From Terracidiphilus sp. (GTDB lineage: Bacteria > Acidobacteriota > Terriglobia > Terriglobales > Acidobacteriaceae): a stretch of DNA of 64,000 bases. The translations under genes were made by a program, and so were the position numbers. The stretch spans positions 11,335 to 75,334 of the forward strand of contig DATKTQ010000317.1 in NCBI GenBank assembly GCA_035531055.1, written 5' to 3'. This document shows, one piece after another, positions 19,229-28,476 of the stretch. Positions within the stretch are counted from its first letter, which is position 1; each line of letters opens with the position of its first letter. Below the pieces are notes generated by a model. The model was not told where the DNA came from. It searched no databases and saw nothing but the letters and a program-made list of their open reading frames with translations.

Positions 19229-20125
19229 ATGGGAGATGCCGTCAAGATTGTGGAGTGTCCGCGGGATGCGTGGCAGGGCCTGCCCGGGCTGATTCCGGCG
19301 GAGCGCAAGGCGGCGTACCTGCGCCGGCTGCTGGATGCGGGGTTTCGGCAGTTGGATTCGGTGAGTTTTGTGTCCCCGGCGGCGGTTCCGCAGATGGCGG
19401 ACTCTGAACGGGTGCTGGAGCTGCTGGAAGCGCCTGCGGACGCGGAGATTCTGGGCATTGTGGTGAATGCGCAGGGGGCCGAGCGCGCAATTCGCACCGG
19501 TAGAGTGCAGACGCTGGGGTTTCCGTATTCCATCTCGACAGAATTTTTGAGGCGCAATCAGCGGCAGACGCAGGCGGAGGCGCTGCAGGTGCTGCAGATG
19601 ATTGTGGAACAGGCAAGTGGAGCGGGGTTGAACGTGGTGGCGTATGTTTCGATGGCCTTCGGCAATCCCTACGGGGAGGCGTGGAGCGCGGAGGCCGCCG
19701 CCGAGGCGTGCGATGCGCTGCTGGACGCGGGTGTGCGGGAGATTTCGCTGGCGGACACGGTGGGCGCAGCGACCGGGGAGCGAGTTGCCGAGACGGTGGC
19801 GACGGTGCGGTCGGCGCATGCGGAAGCAGAGATCGGAGTGCACCTGCATGCGCGGCGAAGCGAGGCGGCTGCACGGATTCTGGCGGCGTATGATGCGGGT
19901 TGCCGCAGATTTGACGCGGCGCTGGGCGGGCTGGGTGGATGTCCGTTCGCGCAGGATGAGATGGTGGGAAATATTCCGACGGAGTTGCTGTTGGCGACGC
20001 TGGCGGAGCGGACGGCGGAGCTACCGGGTGTGCGCGATGTGGACGGACTGTGCCGGGAGAGCGCGGAGATTGCCCGCGAGTTTGGCAAGCGCGAGCCGCT
20101 GCGGGATGCGGAAGGCAAACGCTGA
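19229..20125 (+). CDS. hydroxymethylglutaryl-CoA lyase (DRE-TIM metallolyase family)
   Basis: N-terminal VKIVECPRDAWQG corresponds to the EVGPRDGLQ motif. HLHARRSEAAARILAAYDAGCRRFDAALGGLGGCPFA matches the metal and Cys region of HMG-CoA lyases. Confidence 0.8.
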   Translation: MGDAVKIVECPRDAWQGLPGLIPAERKAAYLRRLLDAGFRQLDSVSFVSPAAVPQMADSERVLELLEAPADAEILGIVVNAQGAERAIRTGRVQTLGFPYSISTEFLRRNQRQTQAEALQVLQMIVEQASGAGLNVVAYVSMAFGNPYGEAWSAEAAAEACDALLDAGVREISLADTVGAATGERVAETVATVRSAHAEAEIGVHLHARRSEAAARILAAYDAGCRRFDAALGGLGGCPFAQDEMVGNIPTELLLATLAERTAELPGVRDVDGLCRESAEIAREFGKREPLRDAEGKR

Positions 20126-20148
20126 ACGACAGCGGGCAGGAGGAACGA

Positions 20149-20931
20149 ATGGACTACTCGACGCTGGTGGTGGAGGACCGCGGGCTGGTGCGCACGATCG
20201 AGCTGCACAGGCCGGAGCGGCGCAACGCCATGAACACGGCCATGCAGGAGGAGCTGATTGCCGCGCTGAAGGAGACGGTGACGAGCTGCGGCAGCCGGGT
20301 ACTGGTGCTGACGGGCGCGGGCGGCGCGTTCTGCTCCGGCATGGATCTTGCTGCGCTTCAGGGGTTGGAGGCGCAGTCTCCCACCGAGCGACGGACGGAT
20401 GCCGAGCGGATTGCGGAGCTGTTCCGCACGCTGTACGAGTTGCCGATTCCGACGATTGCGGCGGTGCAGGGCGCGGCGATGGCGGGGGGCACGGGACTGG
20501 CAATGATTTGCGACTTTACGCTGGCCACGCCGGAGGCTCGGTTTGGATTTACGGAGGCGCGGATCGGGTTTGTACCGGCGCTAGTGTCGGCGTATCTGGC
20601 CCTGCAGATTGGCGACAAGCGGAGCCGCAACCTGCTGCTGACTGCGCGCGTGTTTGACGCCGAGGAGGCGTGCAGGCTGGGGCTGGTGAACGAGGTGGTT
20701 CCGCATGCGGAACTGGCGGGACGGGTGGAGGCATTGACGGATGCGCTATTGGCCAACAGTCCGCAGTCTCTGAGTGCGACCAAGCGGCTGATGGCCGCGC
20801 AGAACCGCGCATGGCTGGATGCGGCGACGGCGCTTGCGGTGGAGGCGAATACGCAGGCGCGCGAGACGGAGGATTTCCACGAAGGAATTGCGGCTTTCCT
20901 GGCCAAGCGCAAGCCCGTGTGGAAGGGTTGA
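20149..20931 (+). CDS. enoyl-CoA hydratase/isomerase (methylglutaconyl-CoA hydratase candidate)
   Basis: The ATG at 20149 is preceded by GGCAGGAGGA. Crotonase motifs VLTGAGGAFCSGMDL and AAVQGAAMAGGTGLAMICDF are present, with a catalytic Glu in FGFTEARIG. The upstream 33 codons of the track ORF overlap the lyase gene. Confidence 0.85.
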   Translation: MDYSTLVVEDRGLVRTIELHRPERRNAMNTAMQEELIAALKETVTSCGSRVLVLTGAGGAFCSGMDLAALQGLEAQSPTERRTDAERIAELFRTLYELPIPTIAAVQGAAMAGGTGLAMICDFTLATPEARFGFTEARIGFVPALVSAYLALQIGDKRSRNLLLTARVFDAEEACRLGLVNEVVPHAELAGRVEALTDALLANSPQSLSATKRLMAAQNRAWLDAATALAVEANTQARETEDFHEGIAAFLAKRKPVWKG

Positions 20932-20937
20932 TGCGGC

Positions 20938-21579
20938 TCAGTCGGTGTCACGAAAGAGCAGCGGGGCTTGCGTCTGATTTTCCAGGTGCGTGCGGGTGAC
21001 TCCTTCGGCGATTTCCATCACGGCAAAGCCTTCGGGAGTTACGTCGAGCACGCAGAGGTCCGTGATGACGCGATGCACCACGGCGGCGCCGGTGAGGGGA
21101 AGGGTACACTCGCGCAGCAGTTTTGGCTGGCCGGCGGGCGTGGTGTGTTCCATGACAACGAGCACGCGACGCACGCCGGAGACGAGATCCATGGCGCCGC
21201 CCATGCCTTTAGCCTTTTTGCCAGGGATCATCCAGTTGGCCAGATCACCGCGCTCGGAGACCTGCATGGCACCGAGGATGGCGAGATCGATGTGGCCGCC
21301 GCGGATCATGGCGAAAGAGTCGGCGCTGGAGAAGACGGAGGCGCCGGGGACTAAGGTGACGGTTTCCTTGCCGGCGTTGATAAGGTCGGCGTCGACTTCT
21401 GAATCCAGCGGAAACGGGCCCATGCCGAGCAGGCCGTTTTCCGACTGCAGGGTGACGGTGATGCCGGGCGGAATGTGGTTGGCGACGAGCGTGGGGATGC
21501 CGATGCCGAGGTTGACATAGAAGCCGCTGCGCAGTTCCTGCGCGGCACGGGCGGCCATTTGCTCTCGAGACCAGGCCAC
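20938..21579 (-). CDS. scoB: 3-oxoacid CoA-transferase subunit B
   Basis: 213-aa protein with the catalytic-Glu motif [12 protein letters not shown]. It lies directly downstream of subunit A with a 3-nt gap. Confidence 0.9.
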   Translation of the reverse strand: MAWSREQMAARAAQELRSGFYVNLGIGIPTLVANHIPPGITVTLQSENGLLGMGPFPLDSEVDADLINAGKETVTLVPGASVFSSADSFAMIRGGHIDLAILGAMQVSERGDLANWMIPGKKAKGMGGAMDLVSGVRRVLVVMEHTTPAGQPKLLRECTLPLTGAAVVHRVITDLCVLDVTPEGFAVMEIAEGVTRTHLENQTQAPLLFRDTD

Positions 21580-21582
21580 AAT

Positions 21583-22311
21583 TTACTCCTTGTGCGTGGT
21601 GCGCTTTTCGATTCGTTTTTCCGGATGGGGGTTGTGCACGAGCCGATGCACGAAGATGCCGGGGGTGTGGATTTCGTCGGGGTCGAGCTGTCCGGCTTCG
21701 ACGAGGATTTCGGCTTCCGCGATGGTGACTTTGCCGCAGGAGGCCGCCTGCGGGTTGAAGTTGCGCGCGGTGCGGCGGTAAATGAGATTGCCATGCGTGT
21801 CCGCCTTCCACGCTTTGACGAGCGATACTTCGGCGTGAATGGCGCGCTCGAGAATATAGGGGACTCCGTCGAAGTCCTTGTGCTCCTTGCCTTCCGCCAC
21901 CAGGGTGCCGATGCCGGTGCGCGTGTAAAAGGCTGGAATTCCGGCGCCGCCGGCGCGCATGCGCTCGGCCAGCGTGCCCTGCGGACAGAACTCGACTTCC
22001 AACTCACCGGAGAGAAACTGGCGCTCGAATTCGCCGTTTTCGCCAACGTAGCTGGAGATCATTTTTCGGACCTGGCGCGTCTGAAGCAGCAGGCCGATGC
22101 CCCAGTTGTCGACGCCGGCGTTGTTGCTGGCGATGGTGAGGTTGCGCGCGCCGCTGTTGCGCAAGGCGAGAATGAGCGCCTCTGGAATGCCGCAGAGGCC
22201 AAAGCCGCCGATGGCGAGCAGCATGCCATCCTGCACGATGCCGCGAAGGGCGCTCTCGGCGTCGGGCCAAAGCTTGGTCCAAGCAGGTGCGGGTTGCGGT
22301 GAATTCGGCAT
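21583..22311 (-). CDS. scoA: 3-oxoacid CoA-transferase subunit A
   Basis: Start at ATG 22311 (MPNSPQ...). IGGFGLCGIPEALI, NNAGVDNWGIG and SGELEVEFCPQGTLAERMRAGGAGIPAFYT are typical of subunit A. Confidence 0.9.
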   Translation of the reverse strand: MPNSPQPAPAWTKLWPDAESALRGIVQDGMLLAIGGFGLCGIPEALILALRNSGARNLTIASNNAGVDNWGIGLLLQTRQVRKMISSYVGENGEFERQFLSGELEVEFCPQGTLAERMRAGGAGIPAFYTRTGIGTLVAEGKEHKDFDGVPYILERAIHAEVSLVKAWKADTHGNLIYRRTARNFNPQAASCGKVTIAEAEILVEAGQLDPDEIHTPGIFVHRLVHNPHPEKRIEKRTTHKE

Positions 22312-22606
22312 GGCTGGCCGGGCTCCCCGGCTGACTGTGCGGCCTTTGCGTTCAAGCGCACCGACAATCATTCTAGGCAAATGGAGGAGTTTGGCAAGGC
22401 GAGTGGATTGCATATGCCGGAGATTTCCATTCGTAGCGGAGAGGCCGCTCCTGGATATTTTGGCGATTGGCTGAGCCGGAATGGGGATGTTTACCATCTA
22501 GCTATAATGTGGAGCAGAGGCCGCTCCTACATGCCAGGCGGGGTCACGGGCCTTTGAGTTCGCAGGTTTGCTTCCGCTTGGCTGAGTGGAAGGCGGTGAG
22601 AGGGAT

Positions 22607-23707
22607 ATGAGCAAGACGCGTCAACATCCGCTGGAGAAGATTCTGGAGAGCCGCATCGCCATCCTGGATGGAGCGATGGGCACGACGATCCGCACCTATG
22701 GCATGAAGGAAGCGGATATCCGCGGAGAGCGGTTTCAGGATTCGAAGAAGGACTTGCTGAACAACGGCGACCTGTTTTCGCTGACGCAGCCGGAGATGAT
22801 CTGCGATATTCATCGCCGGTTTCTGGAGGCGGGCGCGGACATTATCGAGACCAACACGTTTGGCGCGACGAGTATTACGCAGAGCGAGTTTTTTGTGGAT
22901 GACCCGAGGGAGCACGGGGCGCGCAAGGACCCGGAGTTTTTCCAAAAGGTGATTGAAAATCCGCTGCTGACCGAACTGGCGTGGGAGATCAACGAGAAAT
23001 CTGCGCAGCAGTGCCGGGAATGGGCGGAGCGCGTGGGCACGGCAACGGGGCGACAGCGGTTTGTGGCGGGGTCGATTGGGCCGTTGACGGTGTCGCTTTC
23101 GAACTCGCCCGATGCGGAGGACGCAGGCTTCCGGATGGTCACATTCGACCAGGTGCGGCTGGCCTACAAGCAGCAGGTGCGGGCACTGATCTCCGGCGGC
23201 GCCGACCTGCTGCTGGTGGAGACGATATTTGATTCGCTGAATGCGAAGGCGGCGCTGGTGGGCATTCGCGAGGTGTTTGACGAGGGCGGCAAAGAACTGC
23301 CGGTGATGATTTCTGCGGCGGTGGGCCGGGGCGGGGAGACGCTGATTTCCGCGCAGACGACGGAGGCCTTTTGGACTGCGGTGCAGCACGTGAAGCCGCT
23401 TTCGGTTGGGCTGAACTGCTCGCTCGGTCCGGACCTGATGTACCCGTTTCTGAGCGAACTCTCAGAGAAAGCGGACGTGGCGATCTCCTGCTATCCGAAT
23501 GCGGGTTTACCGAATCCGCTGTCGGAGACGGGCTTTGACCTGGGGCCGGCGGACATGGCGCGGTTTCTGGGCAACTTTGCGAAGGACGGGCTGATCAACA
23601 TTGCGGGCGGTTGCTGCGGAAATACGCCGGAGCACATTGCGGCGATTGCCAGGGCGCTGGAAGGCAAGGCTCCGCGAAGGCTGGTCCGGAGCGAGGTGGC
23701 GGCATGA
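22607..23707 (+). CDS. metH: methionine synthase, homocysteine-binding (S-methyltransferase) module encoded as a separate polypeptide
   Basis: [16 protein letters not shown] and the zinc-site [11 protein letters not shown] are present. The ATG at 22607 follows GGTGAGAGGGA. The gene ends with a TGA that overlaps the ATG of the next ORF. Confidence 0.85.
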   Translation: MSKTRQHPLEKILESRIAILDGAMGTTIRTYGMKEADIRGERFQDSKKDLLNNGDLFSLTQPEMICDIHRRFLEAGADIIETNTFGATSITQSEFFVDDPREHGARKDPEFFQKVIENPLLTELAWEINEKSAQQCREWAERVGTATGRQRFVAGSIGPLTVSLSNSPDAEDAGFRMVTFDQVRLAYKQQVRALISGGADLLLVETIFDSLNAKAALVGIREVFDEGGKELPVMISAAVGRGGETLISAQTTEAFWTAVQHVKPLSVGLNCSLGPDLMYPFLSELSEKADVAISCYPNAGLPNPLSETGFDLGPADMARFLGNFAKDGLINIAGGCCGNTPEHIAAIARALEGKAPRRLVRSEVAA

Positions 23708-26445
23708 GCGCAAACGGGAAGTTGCCGGAGCAGGCGAAGCCGCTGCGTTTGTCGGGCTCGCAGCCATTCACACAGCAGCAGGGCGTCTTCATTCTGATTG
23801 GCGAGCGGACGAACGTTGCCGGTTCGCCGAAGTTTGCGCGGCTGGTGAAGGAAGGCAAATTCGAGGAGGCGGTGAGCATTGCCCGGCAGCAGGTGGAGAA
23901 CGGCGCGAACGTTCTGGACATCTGCATGGACGAGGGCATGATTGACGGCGTTGCCGCGATGAGCCGCTATCTGCAACTGCTGGGCAGCGAGCCGGAGGTT
24001 GCGAAGGTGCCCTTCATGGTGGACTCCTCGAAGTGGGAGGTCATTGAAGCAGGGCTGAAGTGCCTGCAGGGCAAGGGCATCGTGAACTCGATTTCGCTGA
24101 AGGAAGGCGAGGAGAAGTTTCGCGAGCATGCGGCGACGGTGCGGAAGTTTGGCGCGGCGGCGGTGGTGATGGCCTTTGACGAACAGGGGCAGGCTGCGAC
24201 CTACGAGGACAAGATCCGCATCTGCGAGCGCGCTTACCGAATCCTGGTGGGCGAGGTGGGGTTTCCGCCGGAAGACGTCATCTTTGACCCGAACATTTTG
24301 ACCGTTGCAACGGGCATGGAAGAGCACAACAACTACGCGTTGGACTTTCTGCGGGCGACGCGCTGGATCAAGGCGAATCTGCCGCACGCCAAGGTGAGCG
24401 GAGGCGTTTCGAACATCTCCTTCAGCTTCAGAGGTAACAGCAAAGTACGCGAAGCGATGCACTCGGCGTTTCTGTATCATGCCATTGCCGCGGGCATGGA
24501 CATGGGCATTGTGAATGCCGGAATGCTGGAGGTGTATGAGGAGATTGAACCGGCGCTAAAGGAACTGGTGGAAGACGTGCTGCTGAACCGGCGGCCCGAT
24601 GCGACCGAGCGGCTGGTGGAGTACGGCGAAGCGCTGAAGGCCACGGGCACGGACACCGCGGTGAGCGAGAAGAAGGCGGAAGCCTGGCGCAGCGGCACGG
24701 TGGAGGAGCGGCTTTCGCACGCGCTGGTGAAGGGGATTGACACCTATATTGAGAGCGACGCCGAGGAGGCGCGCGTGAAGCTGGGTCGGCCTCTGCAGGT
24801 GATTGAAGGCCCGCTGATGGACGGGATGAGCGTGGTGGGAGACCTGTTTGGCGCGGGCAAGATGTTTCTGCCGCAGGTGGTCAAGTCTGCCCGCGTGATG
24901 AAGAAGGCCGTGGCCCACCTGACGCCCTACATGGAAGCCGAAAAGGCGGAGATGGCCGCGGCAGGCATCGCGGTGAAGGCGCAGGGAAAGATTGTGCTGG
25001 CGACGGTGAAAGGCGACGTGCACGACATTGGCAAGAACATTGTGGGCGTGGTGCTGGCGTGCAACAACTACGAGGTGATTGACCTGGGCGTGATGGTGTC
25101 TTCTGAGAAGATTCTGGAGCGCGCGAAGGCAGAGAACGCGGACCTGATCGGACTGAGCGGATTGATTACGCCTTCGCTGGACGAGATGGTGCACGTGGCC
25201 AGGGAGATGGAGCGGCAGGGATTCAAGCAGCCGCTGCTGATTGGCGGCGCGACCACGAGCCGGGCGCACACTGCCATCAAGATTGCGCCGCACTACAGCG
25301 AGCCGGTGGTGCATGTGTTGGACGCCAGCCGCGCGGTTCCGGTGACTACGAGCCTGCTGAGCGTCGAGGGCAAAGATGAGTTTGTGGCGCAGCATCGAGC
25401 CGCGTATGAGGCGCTTCGCAAGTCGCATGCGGGCCCGAAGCAGAGCGTCGTCTCACTGGAAACGGCGCGGAGCCGGCGGACGCCGATTGCATGGCGCGCG
25501 GAGGACCTGCCGCAGCCGGCATTTACAGGCGTGCGAACGCTGGACAAGTTTCCGCTGGACACGCTGCGGGAGTATATCGACTGGTCGCCCTTCTTCCACA
25601 CGTGGGGACTGAAGGGCGTGTACCCGCGCATTTTTGAGCACAAGGAATATGGCGGCCAGGCTCAGCAGCTGTTTGCCGAGGCGAATGCGTTGCTGGACCG
25701 GATTGTGGACGAGGACCTGATTACTGCACGCGGCGTGTACGGCTTTTTCCCCGCGAATGCCGTGGACGACGACGTGGATCTCTACACCGATGAGACACGC
25801 GAGACGGTGCTGGAGAGGTTCCACTTTCTTCGGCAACAGGCGAACCGCGAAGGCAGCGAGCCGTGCCGGTCTCTGGCGGACTTTGTGGCGCCGAAGGAGA
25901 CAGGACTGCCGGATTACATCGGCGCATTTGCCGTGACCGGAGGCGTGGGACTGAAGGAGCTATGCGACGGGTTCCGGGCCGCGCAGGACGACTATAACGC
26001 GATCATGGCGGAGGCGCTTGGGGATCGGCTGGCGGAAGGGTTTGCCGAGTGCCTGCACAAGCGCGTTCGAGACGAATGGGGCTATGGGCGGGACGAGGGC
26101 CTGAGTCCGGCAGAGCTGATTCAGGAGAAGTATCGCGGAATCCGGCCGGCTGCGGGTTATCCGGCGTGCCCCGATCACACGGAGAAGGGCGCGTTGTGGC
26201 GCCTGCTGGACGTGGAGGCGAGGACGGGCATCCGAATCACGGAGTCGTTTGCCATGTGGCCGGGGGCGAGCGTGAGCGGACTCTATCTTGCGCACCCTGA
26301 GTCGCGCTACTTCAGCCTGGGCAAGATTGACCGCGACCAGGCGGCTGACTACGCCGCGCGCAAGGGGATGAGTTTGGAAGAGGTGGAGCGCTGGCTCGGA
26401 CCGAATTTGAACTATGATCCGGCGGAGCAGGCAGTGGCCCGGTAG
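23704..26445 (+). CDS. metH: methionine synthase, pterin-binding + cobalamin-binding + AdoMet-activation modules
   Basis: The start ATG at 23704 sits in an ATGA overlap. LRLSGSQPF...[21 protein letters not shown]...[18 protein letters not shown] forms the pterin domain. The B12 motif D-x-H-x2-G reads [10 protein letters not shown], followed by GLSGLITPS. The activation domain has [12 protein letters not shown]. Confidence 0.9.
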   Translation: MSANGKLPEQAKPLRLSGSQPFTQQQGVFILIGERTNVAGSPKFARLVKEGKFEEAVSIARQQVENGANVLDICMDEGMIDGVAAMSRYLQLLGSEPEVAKVPFMVDSSKWEVIEAGLKCLQGKGIVNSISLKEGEEKFREHAATVRKFGAAAVVMAFDEQGQAATYEDKIRICERAYRILVGEVGFPPEDVIFDPNILTVATGMEEHNNYALDFLRATRWIKANLPHAKVSGGVSNISFSFRGNSKVREAMHSAFLYHAIAAGMDMGIVNAGMLEVYEEIEPALKELVEDVLLNRRPDATERLVEYGEALKATGTDTAVSEKKAEAWRSGTVEERLSHALVKGIDTYIESDAEEARVKLGRPLQVIEGPLMDGMSVVGDLFGAGKMFLPQVVKSARVMKKAVAHLTPYMEAEKAEMAAAGIAVKAQGKIVLATVKGDVHDIGKNIVGVVLACNNYEVIDLGVMVSSEKILERAKAENADLIGLSGLITPSLDEMVHVAREMERQGFKQPLLIGGATTSRAHTAIKIAPHYSEPVVHVLDASRAVPVTTSLLSVEGKDEFVAQHRAAYEALRKSHAGPKQSVVSLETARSRRTPIAWRAEDLPQPAFTGVRTLDKFPLDTLREYIDWSPFFHTWGLKGVYPRIFEHKEYGGQAQQLFAEANALLDRIVDEDLITARGVYGFFPANAVDDDVDLYTDETRETVLERFHFLRQQANREGSEPCRSLADFVAPKETGLPDYIGAFAVTGGVGLKELCDGFRAAQDDYNAIMAEALGDRLAEGFAECLHKRVRDEWGYGRDEGLSPAELIQEKYRGIRPAAGYPACPDHTEKGALWRLLDVEARTGIRITESFAMWPGASVSGLYLAHPESRYFSLGKIDRDQAADYAARKGMSLEEVERWLGPNLNYDPAEQAVAR

Positions 26446-26604
26446 AGGCCTTGCCGGGCTGCGAAAGCGCAGAATTGACGGCGGAGAGCCCGCGCGAAGT
26501 GCAAGTCAGGATTGCCTTGGAACGACAGTGAAACGCGGGTTCAAACAGAGTCGCGGACGCACCTGTCCGATTGGCCGGATCTAGCTGATTTGCTTGGGGT
26601 TGTT

Positions 26605-26680
26605 TGGTGGACCTGATCGGGATCGAACCGATGACCTCTTCCATGCCATGGAAGCGCGCTCCCAGCTGCGCCACAGGCCC
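26605..26680 (-). tRNA. tRNA-Ala (anticodon GGC), CCA encoded
   Basis: The reverse complement folds by eye as acceptor GGGCCTG/CAGGTCC with the G3:U70 alanine identity pair. D arm is GCGCAGCTGGGAGCGC. The anticodon stem CTTCC/GGAAG carries loop ATGGCAT (anticodon GGC). T arm is ATCGG-TTCGATC-CCGAT, and the 3' end is ACCA. Confidence 0.9.
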
Positions 26681-26706
26681 ACTTTCAGGTGGGATGCAAC
26701 TTCTTT

Positions 26707-26735
26707 ATTGTCTCCGGTCGGGGTCAATTCGTCAA
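26707..26735 (-). promoter_or_regulatory. candidate sigma-70 promoter for tRNA-Ala
   Basis: The minus strand reads TTGACG (26735-26730), a 17-nt spacer, then GACAAT (26712-26707). This lies about 25 nt upstream of the mature tRNA 5' end. Confidence 0.35.
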
Positions 26736-27046
26736 CGTGCGGGACGGTTGCACCACGAGGTCAAACGATAAAGTGCTGAGAGTCCGGGAACACTTTGGTT
26801 GGGGTGTGGTGTCTAAGTAGTTAGGGCGAGCACTAACAGGCTTTTGCCGGGGAATTTCCGGCAGGGAACCCGGGTTTGGATTGCGGCTCGCCCTGGCAGC
26901 GACGTGTTCCGGTGGGCACAAGAGGGCCGCCGGAGCGGCAGCAACAGCAAACGGGGCTTTCGGCGACGGAGGCAGGCGGGAAAGGTGCCAACCGTGCGCG
27001 GATTGCGATAAGGTGGGAGGACACTGAATTGCAGGCGGGCCTCACC

Positions 27047-27721
27047 ATGGGTAATCTTGCCAGCGCGTTTACGCTCGAGTCAGAGGAAGCGGCTCTTGTG
27101 GCAGAACTTCGAGCCGGTTCCGAAGAGGCGTTTGCGTGGCTGATCGCGCACTATCACCAGCCCATCTACTCGCTGCTGGCACGCTCTGTGTACGACCGCA
27201 CGGATGCAGCGGATTTAACGCAGGAAGTGTTCGTAAAGGTCTTTCGGGGCCTGGGCAGCTTCCACGGCGAGTCGTCCTTGCGCACCTGGATTTACCGGAT
27301 TGCGCTGCGCGAAGCCTCCAACCAGAGGCGCTGGTGGATGCGGCACACGCACTGGGATGTGCCGATCGATCAGGAGATTCAGGACGAGCAATCCAGCGGT
27401 CCGGTTCGTCTGAAGCAGGTGCTGGTGGACCCAGCCGAGTCGCCGTATGACATGGCAGTGCATGCGGAGAACCGGGCGAGGGTGGAAGCAGCCCTGAGCC
27501 GGGTTCCCGAGCCCTTCCGGACAACCCTGATTTTGCGGGATATTGAAGGATTTGTGTACGAGGAAGTTGCTGAAATGCAGGGCGTGAACCTGGGGACGGT
27601 GAAGTCCAGACTAGTGCGCGGACGTGCCTATCTGAAGGCACAGTTGATGGCGGACCGGGTGGGCGAAACGCAGGAGTCACGCACGGGATTCGAATTGCCC
27701 CTAAGAGAGGAGGCTCGATGA
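27047..27721 (+). CDS. ECF-type RNA polymerase sigma factor
   Basis: Start at ATG 27047 (MGNLASAF...). The sigma-70 region 2 reads HYHQPIYSLLARSV...DLTQEVFVKVFRGL, and region 4 reads LILRDIEGFVYEEVAEMQGVNLGTVKSRLVRGR. Confidence 0.9.
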   Translation: MGNLASAFTLESEEAALVAELRAGSEEAFAWLIAHYHQPIYSLLARSVYDRTDAADLTQEVFVKVFRGLGSFHGESSLRTWIYRIALREASNQRRWWMRHTHWDVPIDQEIQDEQSSGPVRLKQVLVDPAESPYDMAVHAENRARVEAALSRVPEPFRTTLILRDIEGFVYEEVAEMQGVNLGTVKSRLVRGRAYLKAQLMADRVGETQESRTGFELPLREEAR

Positions 27722-28404
27722 ACGGCTGCAACGCCATTCAGACAAGATTTTCGGAGTATCTTGACAGCCGGTTGACGGGAAACGAGATGCAGCAAATGGC
27801 CGCGCATGTGGCAGCGTGCCCGGAGTGCGCGCGGGAGTGGCGCGAACTGCAGGAGATGCAGTCGTCTCTGTCTGCGCTGGGTCCGGCGGCGGAGCCGGAG
27901 GACCTGTTGTTGCGGATTCGCGTGGCGGTAAGCCACGAGCGGGCTCGGCAGCGCCGGGGTCTGTTTGAGGGCTGGGGACTGGCGTGGAAGAACACGGTGG
28001 GTCCGTTTCTGCTGCAGGCCGGAGCGGGCTTTGCCAGCGCGGTACTGCTGCTGGGCACGGTGACGGTGCTGGTGGGCATGTTTGCCCAGCCAGAGGTTGC
28101 GCAGGCCAAGGGCGACACGCCCCTGGGGGATGCGACGGCGCCGCGGCTGCTCTACCTTTCCAGCGGCTCAGGCAGCAGCGATGAAGTGCATGCAATTTCC
28201 GGGCCGGTGGTGGTGGAGGCCTACGTGAACAACGCGGGCGAAGTGTACGACTACCGGATTGTTTCCGGACCGCATGACGCCGCCACGCGGGCCCAGATTG
28301 AGAACATGCTGGTGCTCAGCCGGTTTGCGCCGGCCCGGTTCTTTGGCCAGCCGGTGCGGGGCCTGGCGGTGCTGTCGTTCTCCGGAGTTTCTGTCCGCGG
28401 CTAG
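27718..28404 (+). CDS. membrane anti-sigma factor (zf-HC2 N-terminus) with TonB-C-like periplasmic domain
   Basis: ATGA overlap with the sigma gene. The N-terminal putative zinc-finger reads CNAIQ...HVAACPECAREW. There is a single TM segment VGPFLLQAGAGFASAVLLLGTVTVLVGMF. The C-terminal VVVEAYVNNAGEVYDYRIVSG...FAPARFFGQPVRGLAVLSF resembles the TonB C-terminal fold. Confidence 0.75.
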   Translation: MNGCNAIQTRFSEYLDSRLTGNEMQQMAAHVAACPECAREWRELQEMQSSLSALGPAAEPEDLLLRIRVAVSHERARQRRGLFEGWGLAWKNTVGPFLLQAGAGFASAVLLLGTVTVLVGMFAQPEVAQAKGDTPLGDATAPRLLYLSSGSGSSDEVHAISGPVVVEAYVNNAGEVYDYRIVSGPHDAATRAQIENMLVLSRFAPARFFGQPVRGLAVLSFSGVSVRG

Positions 28405-28476
28405 AAAGTGGAGTGTTTTCGCCTTCCGTTTGACCCTGCCCGTGCGTCTAACTAGACTTGCAGGCAGGGTTTCCTG

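Noticed and set aside
17018-19557. Overlapping 480-aa and 585-aa minus-strand ORFs
   Set aside because: Antisense to the carboxyltransferase, acyl-CoA dehydrogenase and HMG-CoA lyase genes. They are Pro/Arg/Ser/Ala-rich and span three real genes and their spacers.
22312-22606. Possible SAM, SAH or cobalamin riboswitch in the metH leader
   Set aside because: I could not find the S-box core (GAGGGA...GCAACC), a B12 box (AGYCMGGAGACCKGCC-like) or the SAH motif. Only the 13-nt direct repeat is reported. An Rfam scan would be decisive.
26786-26816. ECF-type promoter GGGAAC...GTCTAA upstream of the sigma-factor gene
   Set aside because: The spacing from AAC to GTC is 19 nt, or AAC-N16-GGT with a mismatch. 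It lies about 230 nt from the start codon. That is too ambiguous to call without a group-specific ECF promoter model.
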